Below, piece after piece: positions 61,707-64,000 of a stretch of 64,000 nt of DNA. Made by a program: the position numbers and the translations under genes. How positions within the stretch are numbered: position 1 is the stretch's first letter; each line of letters starts with the position of its first letter. Under the pieces are notes generated by a model. The model worked only from the letters and a program-made list of their open reading frames with translations, was not told the DNA's origin and made no database searches. Source of the stretch: an uncultured Planctomycetota bacterium (GTDB taxonomy: Bacteria; Planctomycetota; Planctomycetia; Gemmatales; Gemmataceae). The stretch is taken from contig CAWKHF010000006.1 of assembly GCA_963849325.1 (NCBI GenBank), positions 32,001-96,000 on the forward strand, read 5' to 3'.

Positions 61707-61865
61707 GTTTTTCCCCTCGTGAATCGATGGATGGCAGCGACGGCTGCTGGTATTCCGGATCGGTTTTTTGCCCCGTGTAACTGTACAGATGTTAGTATAA
61801 CGGAGGCTGTGCGTCCTACCAGGTTAGCAGAGAAAAATCTCCAACATAGGCACGTCCCGGAACAC

Positions 61866-61938
61866 CCTCGTTTCGCCGCGACGCGCAGCGGAGCGCGGGA
61901 CTCTCCCGCGCTCCGCTGCGCGTCGCGGCGAAACGAGG
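61866..61938. repeat. REP-like palindrome, family A
   Basis: CCTCGTTTCGCCGCGACGCGCAGCGGAGCGCGGGA...TCCCGCGCTCCGCTGCGCGTCGCGGCGAAACGAGG. Confidence 0.9.
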
Positions 61939-62028
61939 AAGCCATTGAGGAAACATTCGACACCGGCTCCGCGGCGAGATAGGATGAGGGTCAAGACAGC
62001 GGAACCTCCCTTCCCAGCGGAGGAACTC

Positions 62029-64000
62029 ATGATCGTCTTTGCCTGCGCCGGCTGCAAGCAGAACCTTCGCGTGGATGCCGTCTTCGCCGGCCAGCGGGTC
62101 CGTTGTCCTCGTTGTGGGCAGGTCAATGTGGCGCCCGCCCTCACCCCCGAACCCTCCGAACCGTCTTCTCCTCTCCGGGCGACGCCGGCCCTGGCCGACA
62201 CGGTCGCCTCGTTGCCAGCCCCCGTAGACCCTTCCAGCGCCGAGTCCGCAACGCTGTCCTCGCAGGCGCCGGCGCAGCAGCAGGAGACGACGGTCGCGGC
62301 GCCGATGGCGATTCCGGTTGCCGCTCCCCTCGCGTCGGACCTTCGAGGCAAGCTGGCCGGCATCCTGGCGCCGCCGCAACGGCCCGACGAGATCGGCCGC
62401 CTGGGCGGCTATCGCGTGCTGAAAGTGCTCGGCGCCGGCGGCATGGGCGTTGTCTTCCTGGCCGAGGACGTACAGCTCAAGCGGCCGGTGGCCCTCAAGG
62501 CGATGCTGCCCACCTTGGCCGAGGAGACGACGCATCGGCAGCGCTTCCTGCGCAAGGCGCAAGCCGCCGCCGCCGTCGAACACGATCATGTTGTGCCCAT
62601 CTTTCAAGTCGGTCAGGATCGCGGCGTGCCCTTTTTGGCCATGCCTCTGCTCAAGGGCGAATCGCTGGAGGCGCGATTGCGGCGCGAGGGCAAGTTGTCC
62701 CTGGCCGAGGTAGTGCGGATCGGCCGGGAGATCGCCGAGGGGTTGGCCGCCGCCCACGAGCGCGGCCTGGTCCACCGCGACATCAAGCCGGGCAATGTCT
62801 GGCTGGAGGGCGACAAGGGCCGGGTCAAGATCCTCGATTTCGGCCTGGCGCGGGCGCTGGAGGATGGCGCCCCGCTGACGCAGCCCGGCGCGGTGCTGGG
62901 CACGCCGGCGTACATGGCGCCGGAGCAGGTCAACGCCGACCGGGTGGACCATCGCGCCGACCTGTTCAGCCTGGGTTGTGTCCTCTATCGCCTGGCCACC
63001 GGCAAGTTGGCCTTCCGCGGCACCGATCCCCTCACGACGTTCACGGCCGTCCTCACCCAACAGCCGCCCGACCCGCGCCAGCTCAACCCGGACCTGCCGC
63101 CGACCCTGGCCGATCTCATCGTGCGCCTGCTGGCCAAGGATCCCGCCGACCGTCCTCCCTCCGCCCGAGCCGTGGCGGACGAGCTGCTCGACCTGGCGGG
63201 AGAACGAACCGAGGCGTTGCCTTCCCCTCGGACGACCGGCGCAAGCGCTTCCCCGTTGCGGTCGGTCGCTCCCGCCGACGGGTGGGGGTGGTGGTCGTGC
63301 TGGCCTTGTTCGGCCTGGCGGGCATCACGGCGGCCCTCGCCGTCTATCGCATCCACACCGATACGGGCGAGCTGGTCATCCAGACCCACGACGACGACGT
63401 CGAGGTGGTCATCAAGCAGGGCGGCAAGGTCGTCCGCGTGATCGACACGCGAACCGGCAAGTCGATCGAGTTGAAGTCCGGCGAATACGAGTTGGAGTTG
63501 AAGGGGAGACCGAGCGGATTGAAGCTGGACCTGAGCAAAGTAACGCTCAAGCGAGGCCAGACGGTGCTGGCGACCATCGAGAAGAATGGGCCGGTCGCCA
63601 AGAAGCCGGCCAAGGGAGAAGTACTCGTCGCCAAGGACGGCAGCGGTTCGTACACCTCGCTGCGTCAGGCCGTGCTGGAGGCCAAGGCCGGCGCCATTCT
63701 TCGCGTCCGCCCCGGAACCTATAACGAGGAGGAAATCGTCGTCCACCGGAACTTGACCATCGTCGGCGACGGACCCGGCGGGGGAGTCGTGATCGAGTTC
63801 GCCAAGGATAGCCCGAATGGCTTTCACTTGCTGGCCGAACGCGCGATTCTGCGCAACCTGACGGTTCGCAGTCCCCAGGGCAGCGCCGTCTGGACGGACA
63901 GCGGCAAACACGTCCTGGAGGATTGCGTCTTCACCAGCCGCAACGAGAACAAGGGCGAGGAGGCGTCCGTGGTGGTACAGGCGCCGGCTTCCCTTGTCCT
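62029..64000 (+). CDS. Zn-ribbon Ser/Thr kinase with TM helix and extracellular beta-helix region (frameshifted, runs off edge)
   Basis: CAGC/CPRC; LGAGGMGVV, HRDIKPGN, DFGLAR, GTPAYMAPE; then VAKDGSGSYTSLRQAV...VRPGTYNE (pectin-lyase-like). Confidence 0.88.

Overview
High-GC bacterial chromosomal window, most likely a planctomycete of the Gemmataceae type (LEPRxLL-type N-terminus, TIGR03000, two DUF4058 genes, Uma2, DUF1080, Ser/Thr kinases). Many genes, including recA, carry single-base frameshifts, which points to long-read indel errors rather than pseudogenes. Family names come from motif recognition by eye, with no database search. Main contents: (1) an HK97-type head-morphogenesis operon (1-7004, minus strand) that begins abruptly at TerL, with no TerS, integrase or replication genes on its upstream side and host repeats inside it, so possibly GTA-like or domesticated; (2) an integrase-less integron cassette array (about 13.7-16.5 kb) with attC sites, toxin-antitoxin cassettes and a possible IS1111-type scar; (3) cbs plus cystathionine lyase, and a diadenylate-cyclase-like gene with EGA in place of DGA; (4) three tandem secreted HEAT-repeat/beta-propeller paralogues; (5) an XPB helicase operon whose two partners resemble TFIIH p52/Tfb2 and p8/Tfb5, with a second p52-like gene about 10 kb away; (6) an AAA ATPase islet bounded by a duplicated fumarate hydratase 3' end; (7) tRNA-Arg(CCT) split by a 369-nt group I intron; (8) recA; (9) several families of REP-like palindromes and inverted short-tandem-repeat hairpins, one made of TTTAGGG.
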